From an uncultured bacterium (GTDB taxonomy: Bacteria > Chloroflexota > UBA5177 > JANWHV01): DNA of 64,000 bases. The notes below the pieces were generated by a model. The model was not told the origin of the DNA. It saw nothing but the letters and a program-made list of their open reading frames with translations, and did no database searches. The DNA lies in the NCBI GenBank assembly GCA_963827235.1, contig CAWHAE010000014.1:384001-448000 (forward strand), given 5' to 3'. How positions within the stretch are numbered: position 1 is the first letter of the stretch; every line of letters begins with the position of its first letter. The position numbers and the translations under genes were made by a program. Positions 41,397-53,596 of the stretch are shown in pieces.

Positions 41397-42686
41397 TCAG
41401 CGGATGAAGCTCTGGTAGTTGCGCATCATCAGTTGAGCCTCGAGCTGCTTCATGGTGTCCAGCACTACGGCTACGACAATAAGCAGTGCCGTGCTGGTGA
41501 TCGGCAGCTGCGACGTGTTCCCATAGAACGGCTTGGCAAGCAGCGGCAAGATCGCGACTATCGAGAGGAAGAGCGCTCCGGCCAGCGTGATACGCGAAAG
41601 CACTCTGTTCAGGTAGTCCTCGGTATGCTTGCCCGGGCGATAACCGGGAATGAAACCGCCGTTCTTCTGCAGGTTCTCCGACAGCTTCTGCTGCTGCCAC
41701 TGCACGGTTGTATAGAAGTACGTGAAGGCAAACACGAAGACAAACGTCAGAAGCCAATAGATGTTGCTGTTCTGGTTGAACGTGTTGGCGATCCACGTGG
41801 CCGCGCTGCTGACCCAATGCGTGTGCGACGGCTCGAAGTAGCTGGCGATGATCGCCGGCGTCGTCACGATCGAAAAGGCGAAGATCAGCGGAATCATGCC
41901 CGCGGAATTCACGCGGAGCGGAATGTGCGTGCTCTGAGCCTGCGTCATGCGGCCACGCACCACTCTCCTCGCATACTGCACGGGGATGCGTCGCTGAGCC
42001 TCCTGCACGAACACGATCGCCGCTATCACGAAGACACCCGCTATAGCCAGCATGATCAGCTCTCCATAATTGCCGGCGCTCCACTGCGTGCCGACCGTTC
42101 CCGGCAGACGCGCGATGATGCCGGCAAAAATGATCAGCGACACACCGTTTCCGATTCCTGCCTCGGTAATCAGCTCGCCCAGCCAGATCAGGAACAGGGT
42201 GCCACAGGTGAGAATGGCCATGAAGCCCAGGGTGTCCCAGAAGTAGCCGCCGAAGAAACCGAAGTTGTGCTGGAACAGATTCGTGGTGTTGGACAGGAGG
42301 ACACCCTGGCCATAGGCTTGCAGCGCGGCCAGAGGAATCGTGCACAGGCGCGTGATCTGGTTGAGCTTTGTGCGCCCTGCTTCACCCTCCCGGCTTATCT
42401 CCTCCAGTCGCGGAATCACCGGCATCAAGATCTGGATCGCGATCTGCGCCGTGATGTAGGGGTACACGCCCAGCGACACTATCGAGAAGCCGCCCGAGTT
42501 ACCGGAGAACAGACTGAGCAGCTGAAAGATCTGGTACTGGCTGGTCAGTTGCTTCAGTGCGTTCGGGTCCACGTTCGGCACCGGTATCGACGCCGCGAGC
42601 CGGTAGATGATGAGGATTCCCAACGTAAAGAGGAGCTTCCTCCTCAAATCGGGAAGCCTGAACGCATTGAGCGCTGCTTGCAACAT
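41397..42686 (-). CDS. secY: Preprotein translocase SecY
   Basis: LGVYPYITAQI, GIGNGVSLIIF, FIPGYRPG. Confidence 0.98.
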   Translation of the reverse strand: MLQAALNAFRLPDLRRKLLFTLGILIIYRLAASIPVPNVDPNALKQLTSQYQIFQLLSLFSGNSGGFSIVSLGVYPYITAQIAIQILMPVIPRLEEISREGEAGRTKLNQITRLCTIPLAALQAYGQGVLLSNTTNLFQHNFGFFGGYFWDTLGFMAILTCGTLFLIWLGELITEAGIGNGVSLIIFAGIIARLPGTVGTQWSAGNYGELIMLAIAGVFVIAAIVFVQEAQRRIPVQYARRVVRGRMTQAQSTHIPLRVNSAGMIPLIFAFSIVTTPAIIASYFEPSHTHWVSSAATWIANTFNQNSNIYWLLTFVFVFAFTYFYTTVQWQQQKLSENLQKNGGFIPGYRPGKHTEDYLNRVLSRITLAGALFLSIVAILPLLAKPFYGNTSQLPITSTALLIVVAVVLDTMKQLEAQLMMRNYQSFIR

Positions 42687-42697
42687 TAGGGGCCTCC

Positions 42698-43189
42698 TTA
42701 GGCGTCCGCTTCGCCTGGTGCATCGCCGCCAGTCTCACGAGCCGGAGCCCCGACGATTGTGCCGCCAGCGCTTTCAACCTTCGCCCTGGCTGCCTGCGTG
42801 AACTTGAGACCATCGATCGTGAGTGCTTTCTCGATGGTACCATTCGCAAGCAACTTCAGAGGCCGGGAATCACCCTCGCGTACCAGCCCGGCCTTCTCCA
42901 GGAGCGCACGATCGATCGTCGTGCCTGCCTCGAACTGCTCCAGATCCTCGAGCTTGACGATCTCATATTCCACCCGAAACGGATTCTTGAATCCACGCCG
43001 GTGCGGCAGGCGCAGATGGATTGGGGTCTGCCCGCCCTCGAAGCGAGGATTCCAGCCCCCACCCGTGCGCGCCAACTGCCCTTTCGTGCCCCTGCCGGAC
43101 GTCTTGCCGCGTCCAGAGCCATGCCCGCGCCCCAGGCGACGCTTCTGCCGATGTGTGCCTGGGTTGGGTTCCAAATCGTGCAGTCTCAT
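42698..43189 (-). CDS. rplO: 50S ribosomal protein L15
   Basis: GRGHGSGRGKTSGRG, FEGGQTP. Confidence 0.97.
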   Translation of the reverse strand: MRLHDLEPNPGTHRQKRRLGRGHGSGRGKTSGRGTKGQLARTGGGWNPRFEGGQTPIHLRLPHRRGFKNPFRVEYEIVKLEDLEQFEAGTTIDRALLEKAGLVREGDSRPLKLLANGTIEKALTIDGLKFTQAARAKVESAGGTIVGAPARETGGDAPGEADA

Positions 43190-43395
43190 CACTGTCCCTC
43201 ACTGGCTGCTTCTTCAGCCATTGCCTCGACCTCAACCAGATGGCGGACCGCAAGGAGCATGCCACGCAGCGAAGGAGAATCCTCCCGCTCAACCACGCTG
43301 TTCAGGTGTGTGAGCCCAAGCGCGCGAACAGTGTCGCGCTGGCGCCGGTTATAGCCAATGAAGCTCTTCTTGTAGCGAATACGAAGCCGTGCCAT
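43189..43395 (-). CDS. rpmD: 50S ribosomal protein L30
   Basis: MARLRIRYKKSFIG...TVRALGL...RGML..VRHLV. Confidence 0.95.
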   Translation of the reverse strand: MARLRIRYKKSFIGYNRRQRDTVRALGLTHLNSVVEREDSPSLRGMLLAVRHLVEVEAMAEEAASEGQ

Positions 43396-43399
43396 TGCG

Positions 43400-43915
43400 C
43401 TACGCCTCCGGACCGTGAAGAATGCGACCAACGCTCAGGCCACGGTTCTTGGCTTCGTCCTCGATGCGGCGAAGCGACGCCAGGGCCTTCATCGTTGCCG
43501 TGACCACGTTGATCTTGTTGTTGCTGCCCAACGACTTGGTCAGTATGTCGTGAATGCCCGCCGACTCAACTACTGGGCGGACCGACTCGCCGGCGATCAC
43601 ACCGGTGCCCGGGGCTGCCGGTCGCAGCAGCACGCGCGCCGCGTTGTACCGCACCTCAATCGGATGCGGAATAGTCCCCTTCACCAGGGGAATGCGAATG
43701 AGATTCTTCTTCGCCGCCTCGACGCCCTTGCGAATTGCCTCGGGCACCTCGCCGGCCTTGCCGAGCCCGTAGCCGACGACTCCGTTGCCGTCGCCCACGA
43801 CCACCACGGCGCTGAAGCTGAATCTCCGGCCGCCTTTGACCACCTTGGCAACGCGGTTGATCTGCACCACCCGCTCCTCAAGGTTGCCCAGGCTCGCTGG
43901 ATCAATCTTCGCCAT
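43400..43915 (-). CDS. rpsE: 30S ribosomal protein S5
   Basis: [16 protein letters not shown]. Confidence 0.98.
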   Translation of the reverse strand: MAKIDPASLGNLEERVVQINRVAKVVKGGRRFSFSAVVVVGDGNGVVGYGLGKAGEVPEAIRKGVEAAKKNLIRIPLVKGTIPHPIEVRYNAARVLLRPAAPGTGVIAGESVRPVVESAGIHDILTKSLGSNNKINVVTATMKALASLRRIEDEAKNRGLSVGRILHGPEA

Positions 43916-44042
43916 CTCGTGTACCTCTCCTCAACCTCGGGCATTGCCCGGAATCCGTGACGACTAACGCGGGACGCCTCGTTCCGGTGCGTCATGCCCG
44001 ATCGGAACCGCGGGCCGCCGGCTCATCTCCGGCTCGCACCGT

Positions 44043-44420
44043 CTAGAAATCCAGCCCGCCCTCGCGCGCGCCATCGGCCAGGGCCTTCACACGACCATGG
44101 TACAGATAGCCTGCCCGGTCGAAGACAACCTTGCTCAGGCCCTTCTCCTTCGCACGTTGGGCCAGCAGTTTTCCGACCTCCGTCGCCTGGACAACCTTGC
44201 CCTTCCCGTCGGCCGAGGGCTCCGGCGAACGGAGCTCGTGATCGAGCGTCGAGGCAGCCACGAGCGTGTGGCCGTCTTCATCGTTAATAATCTGTGCGTA
44301 GATATGCGCGCTGGAACGGAAGACGCACAAGCGCAGGCGCTCGGTGCTTCCGGAAATCTTGCCGCGAACCCGTTTGCGACGCCGCTCACGGGCGTCCCGT
44401 GCACTCTTCTTCGTTATCAT
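44043..44420 (-). CDS. rplR: 50S ribosomal protein L18
   Basis: [23 protein letters not shown]. Confidence 0.97.
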   Translation of the reverse strand: MITKKSARDARERRRKRVRGKISGSTERLRLCVFRSSAHIYAQIINDEDGHTLVAASTLDHELRSPEPSADGKGKVVQATEVGKLLAQRAKEKGLSKVVFDRAGYLYHGRVKALADGAREGGLDF

Positions 44421-44433
44421 CGACGCCCCTGCA

Positions 44434-45003
44434 CTACTTCTTTTTGCCGCCGACCTTGCCGGACTTGCCGGCCTTGCGGCGGATGACCTCACCGGCGTAC
44501 TTGATCCCTTTGCCCAGATATGGCTCGGGCTCCCGCCAGCGCCGGATAGAGGCGGCAGTCTCGCCGACAACCTGCTTGTCGATACCCATCACCGTTACGC
44601 GGTGCGGCTCCGTGGCACGCCCCTCCTGTACGGAGAAGCTTATTCCTTCAGGAGCAACGATATTGACCGGATGAGAAAAGCCGAGCGCCAGCGTGAGGCC
44701 TTTCCCGGCCACCTGCGCCCGATAGCCCACGCCGTTGATCTCCAGCGTCTTGCTGAAACCTTGGGTCACCCCAACCACCATGTTGTCGATCAGTGTCCTG
44801 GTCAGGCCATGGAGCGCGCGATGGACGTGCGAGTCGGAGGCTCGCTGCACGACCAGATGGCCGTCTTGCTGCTCGACGCTCACGCCGTCCGGCACTGTAT
44901 GCTCGAGCTGGCCTTTCGGCCCCTTCACGCGTACCAGGCTGCCTTGTATGCTCACCGTAACGCCCGCGGGAACGGGGACGGGACGCCTTCCTATTCGTGA
45001 CAT
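44434..45003 (-). CDS. rplF: 50S ribosomal protein L6
   Basis: [19 protein letters not shown]. Confidence 0.98.
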   Translation of the reverse strand: MSRIGRRPVPVPAGVTVSIQGSLVRVKGPKGQLEHTVPDGVSVEQQDGHLVVQRASDSHVHRALHGLTRTLIDNMVVGVTQGFSKTLEINGVGYRAQVAGKGLTLALGFSHPVNIVAPEGISFSVQEGRATEPHRVTVMGIDKQVVGETAASIRRWREPEPYLGKGIKYAGEVIRRKAGKSGKVGGKKK

Positions 45004-45020
45004 CGTTCTCTCCCGCCCTC

Positions 45021-45419
45021 CTACCAGACTTCACAGAGCAGCTCGCCGCCCACGCCGAGTCGCTTGGCATGCTGTCCGGTGACCACGCCTCGCGGCGTGG
45101 AGATAATGACCAGGCCAATACCGCCCAGCACGCGTGGAATCCGTTCCTTGCCGGCATAGATGCGCAGACCGGGTGTGCTGATTCGCTTCAAGTGCGTAAT
45201 GACCGGGCGCCGCTGAGACGTATACTTCAGGGTTACGCGGATGGTGGCTTTCGCCCCTTCGCGGACAATCTCGAAGTCGCGGACAAAACCCTCGTCCTTC
45301 AGAATGGACGCGATTCGCTCCTTCAAATTGGAGTGCGGAATGTCGACCGTAGCATGTCTCGCCATGGCGCCATTGCGCAGACGCGTCAACATATCGCCGA
45401 TAGGATCACTCAGCTGCAT
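45021..45419 (-). CDS. rpsH: 30S ribosomal protein S8
   Basis: [29 protein letters not shown]. Confidence 0.98.
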   Translation of the reverse strand: MQLSDPIGDMLTRLRNGAMARHATVDIPHSNLKERIASILKDEGFVRDFEIVREGAKATIRVTLKYTSQRRPVITHLKRISTPGLRIYAGKERIPRVLGGIGLVIISTPRGVVTGQHAKRLGVGGELLCEVW

Positions 45420-45430
45420 CTGACTCCTCC

Positions 45431-45616
45431 TTACCAGCTCGCTTTGGTCACGCCCGGCAGCTCGCCAAGCAAGGCCAATTCGCGGAAACAGATACGGCAG
45501 AGCGCAAACTTACGCATGTACGCACGCGAGCGCCCACACCGGAGGCAGCGATTGTGCTGCTGCACCTTGTGCTTTGGCGGTCGCTGCGACTTGATGATCA
45601 TGGACTTCTTAGCCAC
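45431..45616 (-). CDS. rpsN: 30S ribosomal protein S14 type Z
   Basis: 61 aa, RCLRCGR...CRICFRE. Confidence 0.97.
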   Translation of the reverse strand: MAKKSMIIKSQRPPKHKVQQHNRCLRCGRSRAYMRKFALCRICFRELALLGELPGVTKASW

Positions 45617-45776
45617 GGACCCTCCTGTCCCGTCTTACGGGATGGTTAGCGTGTCCTCACTCGAAGTAATAGACACGATTCCCTGGGTTTCAACCCAAGC
45701 CCGGCGATCGAAGCGAATCACCGGCCACCTCATCACATCTCACAAACCACTCTGCCCGCCACCATAGATAGCCTGC

Positions 45777-46322
45777 TCACGCCGCTCGGAACGGCATGCC
45801 GAGCAACTGCAGCAGACGGCGGCCCTCCTCGTCCGATCGCGCGGTAGTCACGATGCTTACTTCCAAGCCGCGCAGCTTGTCCACCTTGTCGTAGTCGATC
45901 TCCGGAAACACGAGCTGCTCCCGCAAGCCCAGCGTATAGTTCCCGCGTCCGTCAAACGACCTTGGCGATACACCCTGGAAGTCGCGGATACGCGGTAACG
46001 CCACCGTCATCAGACGGTCGAGAAACTCCCACATGCGCTCGCCACGCAGTGTCACCATGGCGCCGATCTCCATGCCCGCCCGGACCTTGAACTGCGAGAT
46101 GGACTTCTTCGCTTTGGTCACAACCGGCTTCTGCCCCACGATGATCTTGAGGTCGTTGACGGCCGCATCTACTGCCTTCGCGTTGCTCGTCGCCTCGCCA
46201 AGGCCGATGTTAATCACGATCTTGTTCACGGTGGGCAGCTGCATGGTGTTCTTGTAGCCGTACTCCTTCTGCAGCGCAGGGCCCACCTCCTGCGCGTATC
46301 GCTCCTTCAAGCGCGCGCCCAT
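45777..46322 (-). CDS. rplE: 50S ribosomal protein L5
   Basis: [25 protein letters not shown]. Confidence 0.98.
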   Translation of the reverse strand: MGARLKERYAQEVGPALQKEYGYKNTMQLPTVNKIVINIGLGEATSNAKAVDAAVNDLKIIVGQKPVVTKAKKSISQFKVRAGMEIGAMVTLRGERMWEFLDRLMTVALPRIRDFQGVSPRSFDGRGNYTLGLREQLVFPEIDYDKVDKLRGLEVSIVTTARSDEEGRRLLQLLGMPFRAA

Positions 46323-46324
46323 TC

Positions 46325-46669
46325 CTACCCCCTGTCGATCACTTGGTTGCACTTCCGGCAGACGCGGGCACGCCGGCCGTCGGCAAGCTGCGTCCTGCCG
46401 GTGCGTGTCGGCTTGCCGCACTGCGTGCAAATGAGCATCAGGTTTGAGATCTGAAGCGGCGCTTCGAATTCGATGATTCCCGCCTGGCGCACGCCAGGGC
46501 GGCCTTTCGAGCTCTTCTTGACGAAGTTGACGCCGCCGACGACGGCACGCACGTTGTCCTGCTTGATGACCATGCGATTGATCGTGCCGTGCTTGCCGCG
46601 GTCCTTGCCGGCCAGCACGAGCACTTCATCGCCCTTCTTTACATGTGGCTTCGGCGCATAGCGATCCAT
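46325..46669 (-). CDS. rplX: 50S ribosomal protein L24
   Basis: [24 protein letters not shown]. Confidence 0.97.
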   Translation of the reverse strand: MDRYAPKPHVKKGDEVLVLAGKDRGKHGTINRMVIKQDNVRAVVGGVNFVKKSSKGRPGVRQAGIIEFEAPLQISNLMLICTQCGKPTRTGRTQLADGRRARVCRKCNQVIDRG

Positions 46670-46671
46670 GT

Positions 46672-47040
46672 TTAGAGCACCTCTGGCGCCTGCGACAAGA
46701 TCTTGGTAAAGCCGCGCTCGCGAAGCTCGCGGGCGACCGGGCCAAAGATTCGAGTGCCGCGCGGGTTGTTCTGTACGTTGATGATCACGGCGGCATTGTC
46801 GTCAAAGCGGATATGTGAGCCGTCAATGCGACCGTACTCTTTCGCGGTCCGCACGATGACGGCGCGAACGACCTCGCCCTTCTTGACTGCCGCGCCCGGC
46901 GTGGCCACCTTTACAGAGGCAATAATCACGTCGCCGACGCGTGCGTATTTGCGGGCGCCACCACCCAGCACCCGGATACACATTATCTCCTTAGCCCCTG
47001 AATTGTCGGCCACTCGTAACCTAGTCTGGACTTGAATCAT
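46672..47040 (-). CDS. rplN: 50S ribosomal protein L14
   Basis: [21 protein letters not shown]. Confidence 0.98.
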   Translation of the reverse strand: MIQVQTRLRVADNSGAKEIMCIRVLGGGARKYARVGDVIIASVKVATPGAAVKKGEVVRAVIVRTAKEYGRIDGSHIRFDDNAAVIINVQNNPRGTRIFGPVARELRERGFTKILSQAPEVL

Positions 47041-47090
47041 TCCGAGGCTCCCCCCTCCTCGCAGCCACCGATGATGGCTCGCCGGGACGT

Positions 47091-47429
47091 CTAACCTTGC
47101 TCGGACAACACCGAGGCCGGAACGACGCCTTCCGTCGCGCGCACGTCGTGACCGATGATCTCGACCACACGCCAGCGCTTCTCTTTGCTGAGCGGTCGCG
47201 TCTCCTCAATGCGCACCGTGTCACCCGTCCGGCACTTGTTCTGCTCGTCATGTACCTTGAAGCGCTTGGTCACGCGAACTGTATGTTTGTAAAGTCGGTG
47301 TTTGCGCAGAGACTCCACGGCCACCACGACCGTCTTCTCCATCTTGTCGCTTACGACGCGCCCGACCTTCTGCTTCCGATTGCCGGCCGGCGACGACGGG
47401 GCAACCGCCTGCGTTGGCTCCTCAACCAT
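47091..47429 (-). CDS. rpsQ: 30S ribosomal protein S17
   Basis: [22 protein letters not shown]. Confidence 0.97.
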   Translation of the reverse strand: MVEEPTQAVAPSSPAGNRKQKVGRVVSDKMEKTVVVAVESLRKHRLYKHTVRVTKRFKVHDEQNKCRTGDTVRIEETRPLSKEKRWRVVEIIGHDVRATEGVVPASVLSEQG

Positions 47430-47635
47430 CAGATAGTCCTCCGAAGCTGATCCTCACGCAGCAGCGTCTTGACGCGAGCAATCTCGTGGCGCAACGTGGT
47501 CAGTCGCGCCGTATTGCTCGATTGCCTGTTGGCGAGCTGGAAGCGCAGCGTCGCCAACTCACCGCGCGCCTGCTCGAGCAGGATTTCCAATTGGCTGGGC
47601 GTATTGGTCCGCAGCTCCTTCGTATGCCTACTCAT
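47429..47635 (-). CDS. rpmC: 50S ribosomal protein L29
   Basis: KELR...LRFQ...IARVKT; lies between rplP and rpsQ. Confidence 0.93.
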   Translation of the reverse strand: MSRHTKELRTNTPSQLEILLEQARGELATLRFQLANRQSSNTARLTTLRHEIARVKTLLREDQLRRTI

Positions 47636-48089
47636 CTGTCTCGTCCTCCGGTTCCTCCGAGGCGACATATTGCGACGCCGTCTCGGCGCGGGCGACGAAT
47701 CGCGTTGGAATGGGCAGCTTGAAGGCCGCCAGGCGGAGCGCCTCGCGAGCATCCTCTTCCCGCACCCCGGCGATCTCGAACAGTACTCGCCCCGGCTTGA
47801 CCACTACCACCCAGTGGTCGGGAGCTCCTTTGCCGCTTCCCATGCGGGTCTCAGCCGGCTTCGCAGTGACAGGCTTGGCCGGGAAGACACGAATCCATAT
47901 CTTTCCACCACGGCGCGTGTAGCGTGTGATCACGCGACGGGCTGCTTCGATCTGCTTGCTCTCGAGCCAGCACGTGCCGTAGGCCTGCAGGCCGTACTCA
48001 CCGAACGCGACCTCTGTGCCGCGATGGGCCTGCCCCTTGCGCCGCCCCCGATGCACTTTCCGGTGCTTGACTCTCTTTGGCATCAACAT
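47628..48089 (-). CDS. rplP: 50S ribosomal protein L16
   Basis: [18 protein letters not shown]. Confidence 0.98.
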   Translation of the reverse strand: MLMPKRVKHRKVHRGRRKGQAHRGTEVAFGEYGLQAYGTCWLESKQIEAARRVITRYTRRGGKIWIRVFPAKPVTAKPAETRMGSGKGAPDHWVVVVKPGRVLFEIAGVREEDAREALRLAAFKLPIPTRFVARAETASQYVASEEPEDETDE

Positions 48090-48101
48090 GGTTGCTTACT
48101 C

Positions 48102-48842
48102 CTACACCGCGGGCCCGGACTGCGCACCCGCGCCCGATGCGCCGCGCGGAGCACGCGTCCGCCGCCGCTCCGGAGGCCGCTCGCCCGATGGCACGGCGTC
48201 GGTTTGCCGAAGCTGCCCGGGAAGCACATCGCCCCGATAAATCCAGACTTTCACCCCGATAACGCCGTAGGTGGTCTTGGCGATAGTAGTTCCGAAGTCG
48301 ATGTCGGCTCGCAGGGTGTGCAACGGCACGCGGCCCTTGCGCTCCCATTCGCGGCGCGCCATCTCCGCACCACCCAGGCGTCCGGCGACGTTGATTCGTA
48401 TGCCCTTGGCGCCGGCCTGCATTGCCCGCTGGACCGTCAGCTTCATGGCGCGCTTGAAGGCGACGCGCTTCTCCAGCTGCTCGGCGACGTTCCGCGCCAC
48501 CAGCACAGCCGAAAGATCTGGCGACCGCAGCTCCAGGATATTCACCGCCACGCGCTTCCCTGTCTTCTGCTCGAGAAGCTTGCGCAGCTCGTCGACGTTC
48601 GCGCCGCTCTTGCCGATGATGATGCCGGGCTTGGCGGTGTGGATCATCACGGTGACCCGATTCGCCGCCCGCTCGATCTCGATCATGCTGATGCCCGCGT
48701 TGCGATGCCGGGCGAATATCTCCGCGCGCAGCATCAGATCCTCGTGCAACAGCGTCTTGTACTCACGGCCGGCGTACCAGCGCGCCTGCCAAGTGCGGTT
48801 GATACCAAGCCTGAAGCCAACAGGATGTACCTTGTGCCCCAC
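48102..48842 (-). CDS. rpsC: 30S ribosomal protein S3
   Basis: [23 protein letters not shown]. Confidence 0.98.
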   Translation of the reverse strand: MGHKVHPVGFRLGINRTWQARWYAGREYKTLLHEDLMLRAEIFARHRNAGISMIEIERAANRVTVMIHTAKPGIIIGKSGANVDELRKLLEQKTGKRVAVNILELRSPDLSAVLVARNVAEQLEKRVAFKRAMKLTVQRAMQAGAKGIRINVAGRLGGAEMARREWERKGRVPLHTLRADIDFGTTIAKTTYGVIGVKVWIYRGDVLPGQLRQTDAVPSGERPPERRRTRAPRGASGAGAQSGPAV

Positions 48843-48845
48843 GCT

Positions 48846-49184
48846 CTACCCCCTATCCTCGACCACTACTGTGATGTGGGTGTGGCGCCGGAGCTTCGGC
48901 ATCGCCCGGCCCTTCGAGACGCGCCAGGCGCGCTTGAAGGTCCGGCCTTCGTCCGCCGTGATCGTATGGATGTACAACTCAGCCGGCTCCAGCTGATAAT
49001 TGTTCTCCGCGTTGGCAACCGCGGACTTGAGAACCTTGTAGACGTCCCTGGCGGCATGCTGCGGCATGAACTGCAGGATCGTCAGCGCTTCAGTCGCCTT
49101 TCGGCCGCGGACGGAGTCCAGTACCAACCGGACCTTGCGTACCGAGCCCTTGATGTCGCGGGCGACCGCTCGTGCCTGTGCCAT
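48846..49184 (-). CDS. rplV: 50S ribosomal protein L22
   Basis: KVRLVLD, SAVANAENN, HITVVV. Confidence 0.96.
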   Translation of the reverse strand: MAQARAVARDIKGSVRKVRLVLDSVRGRKATEALTILQFMPQHAARDVYKVLKSAVANAENNYQLEPAELYIHTITADEGRTFKRAWRVSKGRAMPKLRRHTHITVVVEDRG

Positions 49185-49197
49185 ACTCGTTCTCCCG

Positions 49198-49482
49198 CTA
49201 CTTCAGCGCCGTCGAGCGCTCGGTCTTGCCACCGTGCCCACGGAAGTGGCGCGTCGGCGCGAATTCGCCGAGCCTGTGGCCCACCATGTTCTCACTAATG
49301 TAGATCGGAACGTGGCGCCTCCCGTCGTGGACGGCGATGGTGTGATTGACGAACTCCGGGAAGATCGTCGAGGCGCGAGACCACGTCTTGATGATCTTTC
49401 TCTCGCGGGTCTTGTTCATCGATTCGATTTTCTTCATCAGACTCGCCTCGACGAACCAGCCCTTCTTTGTCGATCGTGACAT
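49198..49482 (-). CDS. rpsS: 30S ribosomal protein S19
   Basis: [18 protein letters not shown]. Confidence 0.98.
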   Translation of the reverse strand: MSRSTKKGWFVEASLMKKIESMNKTRERKIIKTWSRASTIFPEFVNHTIAVHDGRRHVPIYISENMVGHRLGEFAPTRHFRGHGGKTERSTALK

Positions 49483-49499
49483 AGCGCTACCTCCCTTCC

Positions 49500-50324
49500 C
49501 TACTTCTTGCGCCGCCGGACGATCAGGCGATCGGTCTTCGGACTATGGCGCGTGCGGTGGCCCATGGCCGGCCTGCCCCACGGAGTCTGCGGCTGGCCGC
49601 CGATCGGTGCCCTACCCTCGCCACCGCCGTGCGGGTGATCGACCGGGTTCATGACGGATCCACGAACAGTCGGGCGAATGCCCATCCATCGTGTACGACC
49701 CGCTTTGCCGATACTCTCGTTCTCGTGATCCAGGTTCCCAACTTGACCGAGCGTGGCCCGCGCCGTCAGCGGTACCAGCCGTACCTCGCCGCTGGGCATA
49801 CGTATCTGGGCGAACTTGCCCTCCTTGGCCATAAGCTGAGCGGCAGCTCCGGCGCTCCGGACCAGCTGCCCGCCCTTCCCCGGCTCCAGCTCGATGTTGT
49901 GCAGCGTGCTGCCCAGTGGAAGGCTCCGCAGCGGCAATGTGTTGCCGACACGAATTTCCGCCTCGGCGCCGGACATGATCAACTGTCCGACTTGCAGGCC
50001 ATTCGGGGCCAGGATGTAGCGCTTCTCGCCGTCGCCGTAAACCACGAGGGCGATGCGTGCCGTCCTGTTCGGGTCATACTCGATTGACGCTACCTTGGCT
50101 GGTATACCGTCCTTGTCCCGCTTGAAATCGATGATGCGATAACGCCTCTTGTGACCGCCGCCCCGATGGCGAACGGTAATGCGGCCCTGATTGTTGCGGC
50201 CGGCATGGCGCTTCAACGACTCGGTCAACGACTTTTCCGGCTTGCTGCGTGTGATCTCCTCGAAATCGGAGACTGACATGCTTCGCCTGCCTGGAGACGT
50301 CGGCTTGTATTTCTTCACTGGCAT
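49500..50324 (-). CDS. rplB: 50S ribosomal protein L2
   Basis: [21 protein letters not shown]. Confidence 0.98.
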   Translation of the reverse strand: MPVKKYKPTSPGRRSMSVSDFEEITRSKPEKSLTESLKRHAGRNNQGRITVRHRGGGHKRRYRIIDFKRDKDGIPAKVASIEYDPNRTARIALVVYGDGEKRYILAPNGLQVGQLIMSGAEAEIRVGNTLPLRSLPLGSTLHNIELEPGKGGQLVRSAGAAAQLMAKEGKFAQIRMPSGEVRLVPLTARATLGQVGNLDHENESIGKAGRTRWMGIRPTVRGSVMNPVDHPHGGGEGRAPIGGQPQTPWGRPAMGHRTRHSPKTDRLIVRRRKK

Positions 50325-50336
50325 TGGCTTAGTACC

Positions 50337-50657
50337 TCACACACTGCCGAAGAAATCTTCGATTGTCTGACCAGGCTCGAGAGTCACAAAAGCCTTTTTC
50401 CAGCCTGGGATCGTGCCACGGCGCTTGCCCATGCCGCGCATGCGTGCTCGAACCGTCGCAGTGTTGACGTCAAGAACCTTGACGCTGAATCGCTTCTCAA
50501 CAGCTTCGCGAATCTCGACCTTGTTTGCCCCTTGGGGGACTCGGAACGTGTACTTGGGGCTTGGGTTGCTGCCTCGACGCCGCGAAGGAGTCGGGTTAGC
50601 CTGCGCGGTGCTCTTCTCGGTAATCACCGGCCGCTCGAGAATCTCGTAGAGGTCCAT
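50337..50657 (-). CDS. rplW: 50S ribosomal protein L23
   Basis: PVITEKS, ANKVEIREAVE, WKKAFVTL. Confidence 0.96.
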   Translation of the reverse strand: MDLYEILERPVITEKSTAQANPTPSRRRGSNPSPKYTFRVPQGANKVEIREAVEKRFSVKVLDVNTATVRARMRGMGKRRGTIPGWKKAFVTLEPGQTIEDFFGSV

Positions 50658-51280
50658 CAGCCCAACTTCCCTTCGATGGAGCGAATCGTCGTGGGGGTTG
50701 TCAGCACCCAATCTGCGTCGATCACATCGTACGTGTTCAAGATTGAGGCCGGGACCAGACGTACGTCGGGGATGTTCCGCATGCTCTGCAGAATGACGTC
50801 GTCACGCTCGTCCAGGACGACGAGCACCTTTCGCGAAAGCGACAGTGCTTTCAAGAGATCGACCATCGCCTTGGTACGCGGCTCAGCCAAGCCGAACGAG
50901 TCGATTACCCGGATGCGCTCCTGCCGAACCTTGTCGGACAACACGCACCGCAGGGCGCCCTGGCGCATCTTCTGCGGCACTCGCTGCCGCCATTCTCGCG
51001 GTAGCGGGCCAAACACGACGCCTCCGCCAATCCATTGGGGGGCTCGAGTGCTTCCCTGCCGGGCTCGACCGGTGCCTTTCTGGCGGTACGGCTTCTTGCC
51101 GCCGCCGGACACCTCACCGCGGGTCAGCACTTTCGCCGTGCCCTGACGTTGGTTGGCGAGGTACGCGACTACCGTCTGATGCACCAGGGCGGTGTTCTCA
51201 GGGGCGTCGAATACGCGTTCGCTCACCTCCAGCGTGGAAACGGCCGTGCCCGCGGCACTGAAAACCTGAATGTGAGGCAT
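50657..51280 (-). CDS. rplD: 50S ribosomal protein L4
   Basis: RQKGTGRARQGS, GGGVVFGP. Confidence 0.98.
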   Translation of the reverse strand: MPHIQVFSAAGTAVSTLEVSERVFDAPENTALVHQTVVAYLANQRQGTAKVLTRGEVSGGGKKPYRQKGTGRARQGSTRAPQWIGGGVVFGPLPREWRQRVPQKMRQGALRCVLSDKVRQERIRVIDSFGLAEPRTKAMVDLLKALSLSRKVLVVLDERDDVILQSMRNIPDVRLVPASILNTYDVIDADWVLTTPTTIRSIEGKLG

Positions 51281-51352
51281 TCGATATAGTCCTTTAACCT
51301 ATCAGCGTCCAGTCCCGGTGCCTCTCGCCCCGGGACTCACGGTTGACGGTGG

Positions 51353-51988
51353 TCACTTCGCGGCGTGCTTCTTCACGGCCCGCCGGACGGTGACCAGGCC
51401 CTGGTCCGCACCGGGAACAGGACCCTTTACCAGCAATACGTTGTTTTCTGCGTCCACCCCGACGATCTGCAAGCTCAGAATCGTGTGTCGTACGTTGCCC
51501 ATGTGACCGGCCATGCGCGTGCCCTTGAACACGCGGCCCGGCGTGGTACCGGACCCGATCGATCCAGGGGCGCGATGCCGGTCCGACTGGCCGTGTGTCT
51601 TGGGTCCGCCATGGAAGCCATGCCGCTTGACCCCGCCTTGAAATCCCTTGCCCTTGGTAGTGCCGGTGACGTCCACGTAGTCACCCTTGGTGAAGATGCT
51701 CACGGTGATCGGCTTGCCAACCTCGACGTCATTCGCGCTCGTCCGCAACTCTCGAAGAACGCGGAAATTACCGAGATTGCGCTTCCTCAGGTAGCCGGCT
51801 TTAGGTTTGGTCAACTGCTTGCGCGTCGAATCAAAAGCCACCTGAACAGCCTCGTAGCCGTCTTTCACCGTCGTACGCACGGCGGTCACGAAGCACGGCC
51901 CCGCCTGGATCACCGTAACCGGAACGACGCTGCCGTCCTCGGCGAACACCTGCGTCATGCCGACCTTTCGACCCAGTATGTGGTCCAT
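51353..51988 (-). CDS. rplC: 50S ribosomal protein L3
   Basis: [22 protein letters not shown]. Confidence 0.98.
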   Translation of the reverse strand: MDHILGRKVGMTQVFAEDGSVVPVTVIQAGPCFVTAVRTTVKDGYEAVQVAFDSTRKQLTKPKAGYLRKRNLGNFRVLRELRTSANDVEVGKPITVSIFTKGDYVDVTGTTKGKGFQGGVKRHGFHGGPKTHGQSDRHRAPGSIGSGTTPGRVFKGTRMAGHMGNVRHTILSLQIVGVDAENNVLLVKGPVPGADQGLVTVRRAVKKHAAK

Positions 51989-52002
51989 CAGCCTCTCTCC
52001 AG

Positions 52003-52311
52003 CTACAGCTTCATTTCGATGTCGACGCCGGCAGGCAACGACAGCTTCGCAAGCGACTCAAGCGTGCGCGGATTAGGATCCAGGACGTCAATCAGCCGCT
52101 TGTGAGTCCGGATTTCAAACTGCTCCCGTGAATCCTTGTCGATGAATGGCGACCGGATCACGGTGAAGCGCTGGATGTCGGTGGGCAGTGGAACCGGACC
52201 CGACACTTCCGCGCCCGTGCGCTGGGCCGTTTCCACGATCTGACGGGCAGACTGATCAAGGACCTTATGATCGTATGCCTTGAGCCGGATGCGAATGCGT
52301 TGCTTGGCCAT
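52003..52311 (-). CDS. rpsJ: 30S ribosomal protein S10
   Basis: [22 protein letters not shown]. Confidence 0.98.
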   Translation of the reverse strand: MAKQRIRIRLKAYDHKVLDQSARQIVETAQRTGAEVSGPVPLPTDIQRFTVIRSPFIDKDSREQFEIRTHKRLIDVLDPNPRTLESLAKLSLPAGVDIEMKL

Positions 52312-52329
52312 ACCTCTCCTTCCGCCGCT

Positions 52330-52369
52330 GAACTAAACCGCCCGAGTCTCGAAGCGATCTCGGGCGGTT
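52330..52369 (-). terminator. Hairpin between tuf and rpsJ (possible weak terminator or attenuator)
   Basis: 11-bp stem AACCGCCCGAG/CTCGGGCGGTT (52336-52346, 52359-52369), followed by only a weak T-tract (TAGTT) on the minus strand. Confidence 0.5.
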
Positions 52370-52381
52370 CAATCTTCAAGG

Positions 52382-53587
<1,206 letters not shown>

Positions 53588-53596
53588 AATCCTCTC

